Shown: positions 18,543 through 28,042, numbered from the stretch's first letter. The stretch is 64,000 bases of DNA from a bacterium (GCA_037131105.1 JBAXRQ010000001.1:322039-386038); one strand, 5' to 3'. Numbers and translations are program-made. The notes: a model not told the origin generated them from the letters alone.

Positions 18543-18929
18543 CTAGGCAAGTTCGTCCTGTGGCACGTCCTTCAAAGCGTCATTGATGTCGCTCTGCAGG
18601 GTGGGCACGTCCTCTGAGTCTACTGACTTCTCAGTAGTAACACCTTCTTCACCTTGGTCTGAGTAGGTACGGCCACCTTCTGGCTCAATGATTTTCAGGT
18701 TCACACGGGCGTCATTCTTGGCACCGAAGACGCGGAGAAGGGTGCGCAGTGCTTTGGCGGTGCGGCCTTCTTTACCGATGATGGTGCCCATGTCCTCGGC
18801 GCTGACGTGCAGGGAAATGAGGGTACCCATCTCGTCGATGGTGTGCTCAGTACTGACGTCGTCCGGATGGTCTACGATGCCCTTCACAATGTACTCAACG
18901 AATTCCTGTTCCTGGGCTTGGTCTGGCAT
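18543..18929 (-). CDS. khpA: KH-domain RNA-binding protein KhpA
   Basis: VDHPDDV, DMGTIIGKEGRTAKALRTLL; adjacent to rpsP. Confidence 0.92.
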   Translation of the reverse strand: MPDQAQEQEFVEYIVKGIVDHPDDVSTEHTIDEMGTLISLHVSAEDMGTIIGKEGRTAKALRTLLRVFGAKNDARVNLKIIEPEGGRTYSDQGEEGVTTEKSVDSEDVPTLQSDINDALKDVPQDELA

Positions 18930-18996
18930 GACCTCTGTTACGGATAGTCACCATAAGTATACGATCAGCATTCTCAGTAATGCAAGCAAGGGAATC

Positions 18997-19027
18997 AAAA
19001 AAGACAGCCTTCAAGCTGTCTTTTTTG
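18997..19027. terminator. Intrinsic terminator after rpsP
   Basis: aaaaaagacagc-cttcaa-gctgtctttttt. Confidence 0.8.
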
Positions 19028-19033
19028 GTGGCT

Positions 19034-19486
19034 TTAGGCCTCGGCGGGAGCCTCGGTTTCTTCAGCGGCAGGCTCCTCGGCGGGAGCGGCTTCCTCAGTA
19101 ACAGCCTCGGTCTCTGGGGCAGTCTCTTCGGCTGCGACCTCTGCTTCGGCTACGGGAGCCTCTTCAGCAGCAACCTCGGCTACCGGCTCTTCCTTCTTCT
19201 CCTCAGGCTTGGTGGGAGTGAAGAAATGGTGCACCTTCTTGCTCTTGTCCATGATACCGTCCTTGATAAGAAGGTTGGTAACGGTGTCGGAAGGCTGGGC
19301 ACCCAGCTTCAGCCACTTCTCGGCCTTGTCCTTGTCGATGACCAGGAGCTTATCGGCCTGGGCAGGGTGGTAGTGACCGATGATATCAACGGATTTGCCG
19401 TTCAGCTTGGAGCGCTTCTCCTGGACCACGATACGGTAGTGGGGAGCGTTGATCTTGCCGGTGCGGGTGAGTCGGATAGCGAGCAT
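19034..19486 (-). CDS. rpsP: 30S ribosomal protein S16 with acidic Glu/Ala tail
   Basis: MLAIRLTRTGK..PHYRIVV, GAQPSDTV. Confidence 0.97.
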   Translation of the reverse strand: MLAIRLTRTGKINAPHYRIVVQEKRSKLNGKSVDIIGHYHPAQADKLLVIDKDKAEKWLKLGAQPSDTVTNLLIKDGIMDKSKKVHHFFTPTKPEEKKEEPVAEVAAEEAPVAEAEVAAEETAPETEAVTEEAAPAEEPAAEETEAPAEA

Positions 19487-19549
19487 GCGAAGAGAAAGAG
19501 AATTAGATAAGTCTGTACGCAGATTACCAGAAAGAAGGAGAGCTGTCTA

Positions 19550-19705
19550 GGACTATTTCATCTTTACTATAAGAATGGAATTTTCAATGGACTGAACGAA
19601 GGCTACAAAGGTCGAGGAAGCATATAGTATATGGTGACGAGAGCTTTGTAGACTGGAGTCAGTACAGTGGGGATTCCACTTACTTTAGTAAGGATGAAAT
19701 AGTCC
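19550..19705. mobile_element. 156-bp TA-flanked MITE-like element folding into a long hairpin
   Basis: TIR ggactatttcatctttacta / tagtaaggatgaaatagtcc (19/20); TA on both flanks; nested internal stems. Confidence 0.7.
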
Positions 19706-20514
19706 TATAGATTTGGTGCTTCCAGGCCCAGCGTTGTATAAAACTCCTCTTCCTTGATCCTCTGGCCTGCCAAGAAGTCTGTCAGTTCCATGACCTTGCC
19801 ACCTTCAGGCTGCACCTTCTCGATCTTCAGCTTTCCACCGGAAAGCCGGGCCTTGTCGATGATCAGCCGTTTCTTCTTCCACTCGGTGTAGCTGCGGGGC
19901 CAGCCGGCATAGGCCCGGATTTCCCGCTCTAGCTCATCAGCGGGCTTTGAGAAGTCCAGGCGGCCGTCTTCTTTCTTAATGAAATGGCTGAAGCTGGCCT
20001 CTAGGTGGTTCTGCTCTGTGGGAGTAAGCCGTTCCTCCAGATAATCATCGATATTTTCCAGAAAGAGCTGGACGCCGCGCTTGGTAAGGATCTGATACAG
20101 TTCGTCGGGTAGCTCGTCGCAACGTAGAGGATGACGTTCCTGGGCAAGGACCGGTCCGTGGTCCATCTTAGTGTCGATCTCCATAAGAGAAACGCCGGTC
20201 TCACGCACGCCATCTAACAGAGCCTGGACCACCGGCGCAGGGCCACGGTACTCGGGTAGCATGGAAGGGTGGATGTTGAGAACCTGACCGGCCACGGTAT
20301 CTAATACGTCGCGCTTCAAGATGGCGCCGAAGCCCACTACGAGGAGAAACGTAGGCTCAGCTTGCTCGATCATGACTACTAGCTCCTCAGTGGAGAGCTT
20401 AGGGTTGTCGATGACTAGCCTGGGGGAGTATCCAGCATGCATCAATGCTTCCAAGGCAATGGGGCCGATGGGAGCTGACTGTAGTAATACGTAAGGAAGT
20501 TTAAGAGTGCTCAT
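19705..20514 (-). CDS. fmt: Methionyl-tRNA formyltransferase (shortened)
   Basis: LNIHPSMLPEYRGPAP, TGVSLM, MDHGPV, IRAYAGWP. Confidence 0.93.
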   Translation of the reverse strand: MSTLKLPYVLLQSAPIGPIALEALMHAGYSPRLVIDNPKLSTEELVVMIEQAEPTFLLVVGFGAILKRDVLDTVAGQVLNIHPSMLPEYRGPAPVVQALLDGVRETGVSLMEIDTKMDHGPVLAQERHPLRCDELPDELYQILTKRGVQLFLENIDDYLEERLTPTEQNHLEASFSHFIKKEDGRLDFSKPADELEREIRAYAGWPRSYTEWKKKRLIIDKARLSGGKLKIEKVQPEGGKVMELTDFLAGQRIKEEEFYTTLGLEAPNL

Positions 20515-20515
20515 A

Positions 20516-21019
20516 TTAGTAGCGAGGGTAGTCAGTGAGGGGACGCGTCCGAAGCTGCTTTTTAGTCAGGTATGAGGTAAAAAGAATGCCGTTTAGATGG
20601 TCAATTTCGTGCTGGAGTACTCGGGCCAAGAGACCAGCGCATTCGATCTCGACATGATTACCATCTAAATCAAGAGCTTTGACTCGCACCTTGTCAGGAC
20701 GGTAGACGATACCCTCAACACCAGGGATGGAGAGGCAGCCCTCTTCCATAGGCACTTTTCGCTTTCCTGTCCAGGTGACTCGGGGGTTTATGAGGGCAAG
20801 GTGAGGGATGGAGAAATCAGGGTCTTCATCAACGAGTTCGATCACCGTCAAAGCCACCGACTTCCCAACCTGGGGAGCAGCAAGTCCGACGCCGTGGGCG
20901 TTGTGCATAGTAGTACGCATATCCTCGGCCAACTGGCGGATCTCCGGGGTAATCTCGGTGATCGGCTCAGTTTTCTGACGGAGAATGTCGTGCTTGTCGG
21001 TGTAAATGGGAAGAATCAT
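20516..21019 (-). CDS. def: Peptide deformylase
   Basis: GVGLAAPQVG, EGCLS, QHEIDHLNG. Confidence 0.98.
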   Translation of the reverse strand: MILPIYTDKHDILRQKTEPITEITPEIRQLAEDMRTTMHNAHGVGLAAPQVGKSVALTVIELVDEDPDFSIPHLALINPRVTWTGKRKVPMEEGCLSIPGVEGIVYRPDKVRVKALDLDGNHVEIECAGLLARVLQHEIDHLNGILFTSYLTKKQLRTRPLTDYPRY

Positions 21020-21092
21020 GGCTAGACTATATCAGAAAAAATCCCCTAGACCCACCCTGTGGGTCTGCAGTGTGCTGCTTTCTTTGGCAGGG

Positions 21093-22640
21093 TTAGAGCA
21101 AATACCATGGATTGCGCTGTACCTTCCATGGCCGGGGCAGTGCCGCCAGCTCTTTCCTGAGCAATACAGGCAGCCGTGTATTGCGATCCGGTGCATGGAG
21201 CAGGATGTGCACGTGGGGACGTTTGCGCCAAGGCGAAGGGAAGGGATGGCTGAGCTGCCAGGGGGATGCAACTAGCTTAGCGAGCTCGGTATGCGTCTTT
21301 GATGCTGCATCGGCAGCCCCCTCATTATCTGGAAGCGAACAGACTATCTGCTGGCCGAACGGGGGCATAGTGGTGGCCTTCTGGATGGCTATCTCGTCGA
21401 GTAGATACTGTTCGAGGTGCCCGCTTCCCAGTGCCTGCACCAGGGGGTGTCCCGGTTGGTGGGTCTGTACCAGGCAGGGGACATTGTAGCGGGCCAAACG
21501 ACCTAGGTCGCCGATGCCGTTCAGGGTATTGGCGAAGGAAGCGTGTGAAAGCAGGGGATCCAGGGAAAGTACGATGGTTAGGCCGACGTTCTCGAGAGGT
21601 GCGTTAAGGATCTGACGGGTCCCCAGAATGACTCCGTCGGGAAGACTGTCGCTTCCTAGCAAAAAGGCCAATCGTTTCGAAACCGTCTCGATGCCAGGCT
21701 GTACTACTTTCTCGCGCTTACCGTCCCTGGTGATGAGGGCAGTACGGTCATGGGCATTGTAGAGGACTACTACTTTCTTACTCTCGGCCAGGCAGGCCTT
21801 GATGGATCCCACTAAAGGGTCGTTCAAGAGTGCTTCACGGCTGAGGTCGACTATCTCAAACATGTTGAAGGCTGGATCTGACTCGCTCTGCTCGGCTTGC
21901 CAGAGTATAAGAGCTGCTTGTTCAGGTAATCCGCTACGTATTTCCAGATCTGAGCCAGTCGCCTCCGTGAGTTGCTGGGTGGCATCTACCAGGTTTAGGT
22001 AGGGTAGCTGCTCGTGGTAATACGAGATATCTTCGGGATCGACCAGGGTGATCTTTCCGAGGTTTGCCCAGGGAGCGAACAAGGCTTTTTCTCGTCCCAT
22101 GGCCACAGAGGTACTACCTCGCGCAATGGCAAACCAACGCTCCAACTCTTCACTCTCATTGCCGTCAAACAGCTCGGCGAACTTGTCTCCGAGGCGGTGC
22201 TGGAGCTGGAGGGACTGGTGCGGTCTAAGACTGGGGACAATGATGGCATGTTGGCGCTCGGGGTCAGTTGTGACCGATTCCGCTTCATACTCCGCCAGCA
22301 GTCTCCGGGCTGCCCTGCCTAATGAAAGCTCCCGTAAGCCTGTCGGCAGCCAGATATACAGCGCGGTAGAGAGCGAGCAGAGGCCGTAGTCGCTTAGCCA
22401 CTCGATAAGCTGGCGCTGGGGGGCTCGCACCAGAGGTTTGTGGCAGAGAACTTGCGACACTGAAGAACTGGCTTTTTCATCTTTTTCATCTACCGACCAG
22501 ACCACTCCCAGACAGTCGCGGCCTCGAAACGGCACCACCACCAATGACCCGGGCTGGCAGGCCAGGCTTGAGGGTATCCGGTAGGACCACCAGGAGGTGT
22601 CGCGCCGGAGGCGGAGGATGGGGACGACCTGGGCGATCAC
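21093..22640 (-). CDS. priA: Degenerate primosomal protein N' (PriA-like)
   Basis: N-terminal YRIP...GSLVVVPFRGR..GVV 3'-DNA-binding domain; LVQT..P.HP; PPF; next to def/fmt; helicase motifs eroded. Confidence 0.75.
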   Translation of the reverse strand: MIAQVVPILRLRRDTSWWSYRIPSSLACQPGSLVVVPFRGRDCLGVVWSVDEKDEKASSSVSQVLCHKPLVRAPQRQLIEWLSDYGLCSLSTALYIWLPTGLRELSLGRAARRLLAEYEAESVTTDPERQHAIIVPSLRPHQSLQLQHRLGDKFAELFDGNESEELERWFAIARGSTSVAMGREKALFAPWANLGKITLVDPEDISYYHEQLPYLNLVDATQQLTEATGSDLEIRSGLPEQAALILWQAEQSESDPAFNMFEIVDLSREALLNDPLVGSIKACLAESKKVVVLYNAHDRTALITRDGKREKVVQPGIETVSKRLAFLLGSDSLPDGVILGTRQILNAPLENVGLTIVLSLDPLLSHASFANTLNGIGDLGRLARYNVPCLVQTHQPGHPLVQALGSGHLEQYLLDEIAIQKATTMPPFGQQIVCSLPDNEGAADAASKTHTELAKLVASPWQLSHPFPSPWRKRPHVHILLHAPDRNTRLPVLLRKELAALPRPWKVQRNPWYLL

Positions 22641-22649
22641 GGGGTCTGG

Positions 22650-24281
22650 TTAGTTAGAAAGGGCGGCTTTCACCAGTCCGGCAAACAAAGGATGGGGCCG
22701 GTGCGGCCGGCTGCGGAACTCGGGATGGGCCTGGGTGGCTATGAAGTAGGGGTGGGTCTCACGGGGAAGCTCGACAAACTCGGCCAGGCTGCCGTCAGGT
22801 GACATGCCTGAGAATACCAGGCCGGTGTTCTCCAGCGCTGTATGGTAGTCGGGATTTACCTCAAAGCGATGCCGATGCCGCTCGTTGATAGTAAGCTTTT
22901 TCAGCTCATCAGGGCGGTAGGTGGCGTAGATCTCCTCGGCCAGGCTGCCTTTTTTCAAAACTGCGGGATATGTACCCAGGCGCATGGTACCTCCCTTCTT
23001 CTTGATGTGCAGCTGGTCGGGCAGGATAGCGATGACCGGCTCCTTGGTATCTGGGTCAAACTCGGTGCTGGTGGCGTCAGGGAGATGTCCCAGGGTGCGG
23101 GCAATCTCGATGACGGCTGTCTGTAGACCTAAGCAGATGCCCAGATAAGGGATCTTGTTCTCGCGGGCCAGTCGTATGGCCTGGATCTTGCCTTCTACCC
23201 CACGGGAGCCGAAGCCGCCGGGGACGATCATGGCATCTACCTTGGCAAGCTCTGCCTCCAGGTCCTCGGCCTCTGAATTCAGGGCTACTACTTCGGTATG
23301 TACCCGGTGATGGATGCCGGCATGTTTGATAGCTTCGATGACCGACAGGTACGAGTCTTCAAGGTCTACATATTTGCCGACCAGGCCGATTCTGACTGTG
23401 TGTTTGCGAGCGGCCATATCTGAATACATTTCCTTCCAGAGGGTTGTACCGTTCTTGGGCATGTCCAGTCCGAAGCTGTCATGCACTGCCTTGGTCAGCC
23501 CTTCCTTTTCCAGGTTCACGGGTATGTCGTAGAGGGAAGTGGCATCGCGGGCGGGGATAATGCGACTGGAAGGCACGCCGGTAAACATGGCCAGCTTCTC
23601 CCGCTCGTCCTTGGTAAGGGCCCGCTTGCATCTCACTATGAGAATGTCGGGCTGCAGGCCGTAGCCTCGAAGCGTGGTTATCGAGTGCTGGATGGGCTTG
23701 GTCTTGCCCTCGTCGGAGGGGTAGAGATAATCCATCTTCACCACATGTACGAAGATGGTAGTACCGAAGTTCTCTAGCTTGAACTGGCGCAGGGCCTCGA
23801 TGAAAGGCAATGCTTCGATGTCACCGACGGTACCGCCCACTTCAGTCAGGAGGAAGTCGGGGGAATTGTCTTTGCCTGCCACGTTGATTCTTCGCTTGAT
23901 CTCGTCAGTGACGTGGGGAATGACCTGGATGGTCTTACCCAGGAAGTCTCCTTCGCGCTCCTGGTCCATCACCGAGCGGTAGACGGCGCCGCCGGTAAAG
24001 TTTGAGCTCTTGGTCAGATTGACGTCCATGAACCGCTCGTAATGTCCTAGGTCCAGATCGGTCTCCGCCCCATCGTCGGTCACGAAGACCTCGCCGTGCT
24101 GGAAGGGGTTCATGGTGCCGGCGTCCTGGTTCAGGTACGGGTCGGCCTTGACTACGTTCACTTTGTATCCCAGGTCAATAAGGAGCCGCCCGAGAGAGGC
24201 GGCAGCGATGCCCTTGCCGATGCCTGAGACAATGCCCCCGGTGATCACGATGGTCCTGCTGGATGGGCTGGGCTGGGGCAT
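22650..24281 (-). CDS. pyrG: CTP synthase
   Basis: TGGIVSGIGKG, DPYLN, GEVFVTDDGAETDLDLGHYERF, GICLG, HPEF. Confidence 0.98.
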   Translation of the reverse strand: MPQPSPSSRTIVITGGIVSGIGKGIAAASLGRLLIDLGYKVNVVKADPYLNQDAGTMNPFQHGEVFVTDDGAETDLDLGHYERFMDVNLTKSSNFTGGAVYRSVMDQEREGDFLGKTIQVIPHVTDEIKRRINVAGKDNSPDFLLTEVGGTVGDIEALPFIEALRQFKLENFGTTIFVHVVKMDYLYPSDEGKTKPIQHSITTLRGYGLQPDILIVRCKRALTKDEREKLAMFTGVPSSRIIPARDATSLYDIPVNLEKEGLTKAVHDSFGLDMPKNGTTLWKEMYSDMAARKHTVRIGLVGKYVDLEDSYLSVIEAIKHAGIHHRVHTEVVALNSEAEDLEAELAKVDAMIVPGGFGSRGVEGKIQAIRLARENKIPYLGICLGLQTAVIEIARTLGHLPDATSTEFDPDTKEPVIAILPDQLHIKKKGGTMRLGTYPAVLKKGSLAEEIYATYRPDELKKLTINERHRHRFEVNPDYHTALENTGLVFSGMSPDGSLAEFVELPRETHPYFIATQAHPEFRSRPHRPHPLFAGLVKAALSN

Positions 24282-24334
24282 GCGACAGGTTAGTTTTCAT
24301 TATAGTAGCAGGATCCTTGAGGTGGTGCTACGGG

Positions 24335-24363
24335 TTGACCGCAGGAGCATTCTGGTGTATCTT
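24335..24363 (+). promoter_or_regulatory. Sigma70-like promoter (orphan)
   Basis: TTGACC-17 bp-TATCTT. Confidence 0.5.
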
Positions 24364-24468
24364 AATCTTAAATTCAAAAGACATCGCCACCAGTTCCCGC
24401 CCGTTTGGGCACATCCCGGCCATCCACTAGTACAGTGGGTGGCCGAATGCATTTTCGCGGTATTATCC

Positions 24469-24497
24469 TTGACAGCGACATACTTACATGGTACTGT
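24469..24497 (+). promoter_or_regulatory. Sigma70-like promoter (orphan)
   Basis: TTGACA-17 bp-TACTGT with extended TG. Confidence 0.55.
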
Positions 24498-24567
24498 AGA
24501 TCACGATTCTGCTCCTCTCTTCCCCCTAGAAGGGGCCCCGGCTTTTTGCCAGGGCCCCTTCGCCCGT

Positions 24568-25833
24568 TTATGCCCCTCTTCTTTCTGGTAAAAACAGCAC
24601 ACTGCCCCGTTCTGTGGGGTCAAAGTAGTGCCTTAGCAGTGACTTCCTGTACTCCGGATCAGCCATGTTCCGGACTGCTTTTGTGTGCTCAGCCTCCGTA
24701 TAGATGCGCCCATGGTTGATGAGGTCCTGGCTGGCGTCGGTGACTATGCTGCCGGCCGTCTGAAAGCTGTAGACCTGGCTGCCGAGCTGGCGGGTGATCT
24801 CGTCCTCGACCAGTTTTTGGTCGCTGGCTGCCTTTTGAATTCTGTCGTCCAAGCAAGCACGGATCTCTTCTGCCTGGGCCACGGTATTTACCGGAAATGA
24901 CAGGTTGAGGACCAGGTTGTCTTCCCGGAAGTCGCAGTCAGAGTCCAGACCATAGGTCCAGCCTTTTTCCTCTCGGAATTCGCGGTAAAGCGGACCTTGG
25001 GTGGTATTTACCAGTAGATTGAGAAAAAAGTTCAGGGCGCAGTAGTCCTCCCAGGACGGACGGTCATGGATCCAGGTAGTCTCAAGGCGGGGCTGACTGA
25101 CGCTGTCAAAGAAGACCTGGTGGTGCTCGCGGCGGGTCCAACGCACCGGCTCGATGCGGGATTGTAGCGCAAGGGGCTGGGTGGGGAGGGCGGCCAACTG
25201 GTCGCGGAACCTGTCAAACGGCCCGGGACCTACCGCCAGGGCGACTATCTGGTTGCTGTGGGATATGCGCCGGTGCATGGCTTGAAGCTGCTCCGCGTCA
25301 ATGGCCGCCAGATCGGCGTCACTCCCGAACAGTTGCTCCAGGGGATACAGGACGTCGTAGATGAACTCCTTGTAATAGTACTGCCCGGCCCGGGTGTTGG
25401 CGGGATAGAACCGGTTCTGGTCACGTTCATTGGCCACCACTCCCTGCTGGATGGGCAGATCGGCATCCTGGAATATGGGCCTGAACACTCGGTTTACCAG
25501 CAAGTCGATGCCGAAGTCCTGCTCAGCGGCCGGAGTATCTATCCAATAGGTAGTCTTTTTGGCGTAGGTGGTGGCATTGCTGTTGCCGGCTTTCATACCC
25601 AGCGTCCGGTCCAAAGCGTAGGCCTCAGGGAAATCTTGTGACCTGATCAGCTGGCAGTGTTCGAGGAAGTGCGGAGATCCAGGAAGTAGTCCGTTTTCAG
25701 GGATGGCATGCCCACTTCCCACCGGAAACTGGACCTCCATGCAGGAAATGGGGAAGGCATCCTGGTAAGTGTGGAGGCTGATGCCGTTGTCCAGGAGGGT
25801 GGTTTCGAAGTGCTGTCGGTCTCGTTTGACCAT
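24568..25833 (-). CDS. M16 family (insulinase-like) zinc peptidase
   Basis: TLLDNG, HFLEH (HxxEH), NATT, REEKGWTY. Confidence 0.88.
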   Translation of the reverse strand: MVKRDRQHFETTLLDNGISLHTYQDAFPISCMEVQFPVGSGHAIPENGLLPGSPHFLEHCQLIRSQDFPEAYALDRTLGMKAGNSNATTYAKKTTYWIDTPAAEQDFGIDLLVNRVFRPIFQDADLPIQQGVVANERDQNRFYPANTRAGQYYYKEFIYDVLYPLEQLFGSDADLAAIDAEQLQAMHRRISHSNQIVALAVGPGPFDRFRDQLAALPTQPLALQSRIEPVRWTRREHHQVFFDSVSQPRLETTWIHDRPSWEDYCALNFFLNLLVNTTQGPLYREFREEKGWTYGLDSDCDFREDNLVLNLSFPVNTVAQAEEIRACLDDRIQKAASDQKLVEDEITRQLGSQVYSFQTAGSIVTDASQDLINHGRIYTEAEHTKAVRNMADPEYRKSLLRHYFDPTERGSVLFLPERRGA

Positions 25834-25888
25834 AGTACTGGCTTATCTGGTGCTAATCTGGTATGCTGGGGGCAGTTTCTTTACTCAT

Positions 25889-27286
25889 ATGGCCACACAT
25901 ACTCCTACTCTTCCGACAGTCGTCCTAGTTGGACGTCCAAACGTCGGCAAGTCCACTCTTTTCAACCGACTCATAGGTCGCCGTAAGGCGATCGTTGCTG
26001 ACGTGGCCGGAACCACTCGTGACCGGCTGCTTACCACCTTGGACTATGACGGCAAGTTTTTTGAGCTGGCCGACCTGGCCGGTATCGAACGTCCCTCAGG
26101 TCAGGATATCCAACTAGGTGTCGCGGCGCAAGCACAGGTAGACAAGGCGCTTGCGGGTGCCAGCCTAGTGGTCTGGGTAGTGGATGGACGCGAAGGCCTT
26201 ACTACGGCTGACCGTAACGTGGGCGATCGCCTGCGCAAGACGGGCAAGCCGGTCCTGGTAGCGATCAACAAATGCGACCATCCCCGCCACGACCAGGCCG
26301 AGATGGAGTTTGCCAGTTATCGATTTAACGGCGTCCTTACCCTTTCAGCCCTGGGCGGACGCGGAGTGGACGGACTGATGGGAGCCATTGCTGAGCGCCT
26401 GCCGGAGACCGGCCACATCCCCCTGACTGATGAACGCCAGCTTCGTCTGGGTATCGTAGGACGCCCGAACGTGGGCAAGTCCACTCTTCTGAACGCCCTG
26501 GCTAATGAGGAGCGGGTAGTGGTAAGTGATATTCCCGGCACCACCCGTGATGCCATCGACCTGGTGATTCCTTCTGAGAACATCTTCGGCCCAACATTCA
26601 CAAAATGGAAGTCAGTCCGGGTAGTCGATACCGCCGGTATCCGCCGTCGCGGCAAGATCGGTCTTGGCCTTGAGAAGTGGAGTCTTATGCGTACGCTGGA
26701 CGCTGTTAAGGAGTCCGAAGTCGTGCTCTTTCTCATTGATGCCAACGAGGGCATGGTCCACCAGGACATGCAGATCGCCCAGGAGATCGTTTCGGCAGGC
26801 CGTGCCCTTATCCTCGTCGTGAATAAGTGGGACCAGGTACTGGCTAAGAAGAAGGCCTTCCCGGCCACTGAAGAGGATGAGAAGGCTCAGGAAGTATTTT
26901 TGAACCACCTGCGCAATGAAGCGCCCTTCCTCTACTGGGTCCAGGTACTCTTTCTTTCAGCCAAAGACCGTCTTAACCTAGATGTTGTGGGCAAGCTAGT
27001 ACTACGTGCCTATAAGAGCTGGGACCTGCAGATCGACCAGTCGCAGCTCGATGAGCTGGCTGCCCAGCTGCAGCACAATCCTCGTCTCAAGAACCTGCAG
27101 AGGATCGAGCTTGAGCATAGTCGTCCTCCGGTATTTCATCTCAAGGTTGAGGGACGCGACCTGCCTCACTTCTCAACGGTACGTATGGCCGAGAACGCCC
27201 TGCGTGAGGCTTTCGACATCGGTCCGACTCCAATAAAAATGTGGTGTGTGCCGTCCATGAAGAAGCGGGTATACAAGAAAAGATAG
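25889..27286 (+). CDS. der: Ribosome biogenesis GTPase Der
   Basis: Two GRPNVGKST P-loops, GTTRD twice, DxAG, NKxD. Confidence 0.97.
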   Translation: MATHTPTLPTVVLVGRPNVGKSTLFNRLIGRRKAIVADVAGTTRDRLLTTLDYDGKFFELADLAGIERPSGQDIQLGVAAQAQVDKALAGASLVVWVVDGREGLTTADRNVGDRLRKTGKPVLVAINKCDHPRHDQAEMEFASYRFNGVLTLSALGGRGVDGLMGAIAERLPETGHIPLTDERQLRLGIVGRPNVGKSTLLNALANEERVVVSDIPGTTRDAIDLVIPSENIFGPTFTKWKSVRVVDTAGIRRRGKIGLGLEKWSLMRTLDAVKESEVVLFLIDANEGMVHQDMQIAQEIVSAGRALILVVNKWDQVLAKKKAFPATEEDEKAQEVFLNHLRNEAPFLYWVQVLFLSAKDRLNLDVVGKLVLRAYKSWDLQIDQSQLDELAAQLQHNPRLKNLQRIELEHSRPPVFHLKVEGRDLPHFSTVRMAENALREAFDIGPTPIKMWCVPSMKKRVYKKR

Positions 27287-27287
27287 C

Positions 27288-27414
27288 CGGGCCGCTTAGC
27301 TTGGCGATTTTCCACGTCAGCCTCTCCGTCTCTTCCTCACCGTACCATTTGTACGCCTCGGTCGAGTGCTCGCTGCTTCCTTGAAACTCATCCAGGCTGA
27401 GTAGCCCGCTTTTT
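27288..27414 (+). repeat. Long hairpin intergenic element with G.U-containing closing stem
   Basis: gggccgcttagcttgg pairs with ccaggctgagtagccc (3 G.U, 1 mismatch); core cgtac-cattt-gtacg; followed by a U-tract. Confidence 0.55.
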
Positions 27415-27421
27415 AGTAGCC

Positions 27422-28042
27422 TTAGTATGTTGCGTGAGGAGTGAGTTCGAACCTGTTGATAGGGTAGGCCAATACCAATACGCGGCCTATCATGTCGCTC
27501 TCTGGTAGGTCTCCCCAGTCACGTGAGTCGCTGGAACCTTCGCGGTTGTCACCTAGAACGAAGTAATTGCCGGCTTGCACGGTGAAGTCAGTTTGGTTGG
27601 TGGCGGGATTGGGCAGGGTTTTGTTGCCGTCGGAAACGTAGGGCTCTTTTAAGGTAAAGCCGTTGGGGTGCTCGGCGTTGTAGATGGTGACTATTGAGTC
27701 GGTGATCTTGACTCGTTCACCAGGGAAAGCGATGATGCGTTTTACGTAGTTGAAGCTGATGTCCTTAGGGTATTTGAAGACTACTACATCACCGCGAGTC
27801 GGCTGGTGGAGGTGGTAACTCAGCTTATCGACCAGGAGGTAATCTTTGTCGTGCAGGCCTGGATACATGGAGAGGCCGTCGACAACGAAGGGCTGGAGGA
27901 CATAGACCCGGATGCCGTAGGCAAGCACCGAGACGACAAGCAGGGTCTTGATGAGCTCTGCGCTATAGCGCCAAAAATCACCTCCTTGGACTGGCTTCTG
28001 GTGGGAGGATTCAGGTTCTGTGGCGGTGCGGAGCTCGTCCAT
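27422..28042 (-). CDS. lepB: Signal peptidase I
   Basis: GLSMYP (Ser), YVKRII (Lys), GDNREGSSDSR. Confidence 0.96.
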   Translation of the reverse strand: MDELRTATEPESSHQKPVQGGDFWRYSAELIKTLLVVSVLAYGIRVYVLQPFVVDGLSMYPGLHDKDYLLVDKLSYHLHQPTRGDVVVFKYPKDISFNYVKRIIAFPGERVKITDSIVTIYNAEHPNGFTLKEPYVSDGNKTLPNPATNQTDFTVQAGNYFVLGDNREGSSDSRDWGDLPESDMIGRVLVLAYPINRFELTPHATY

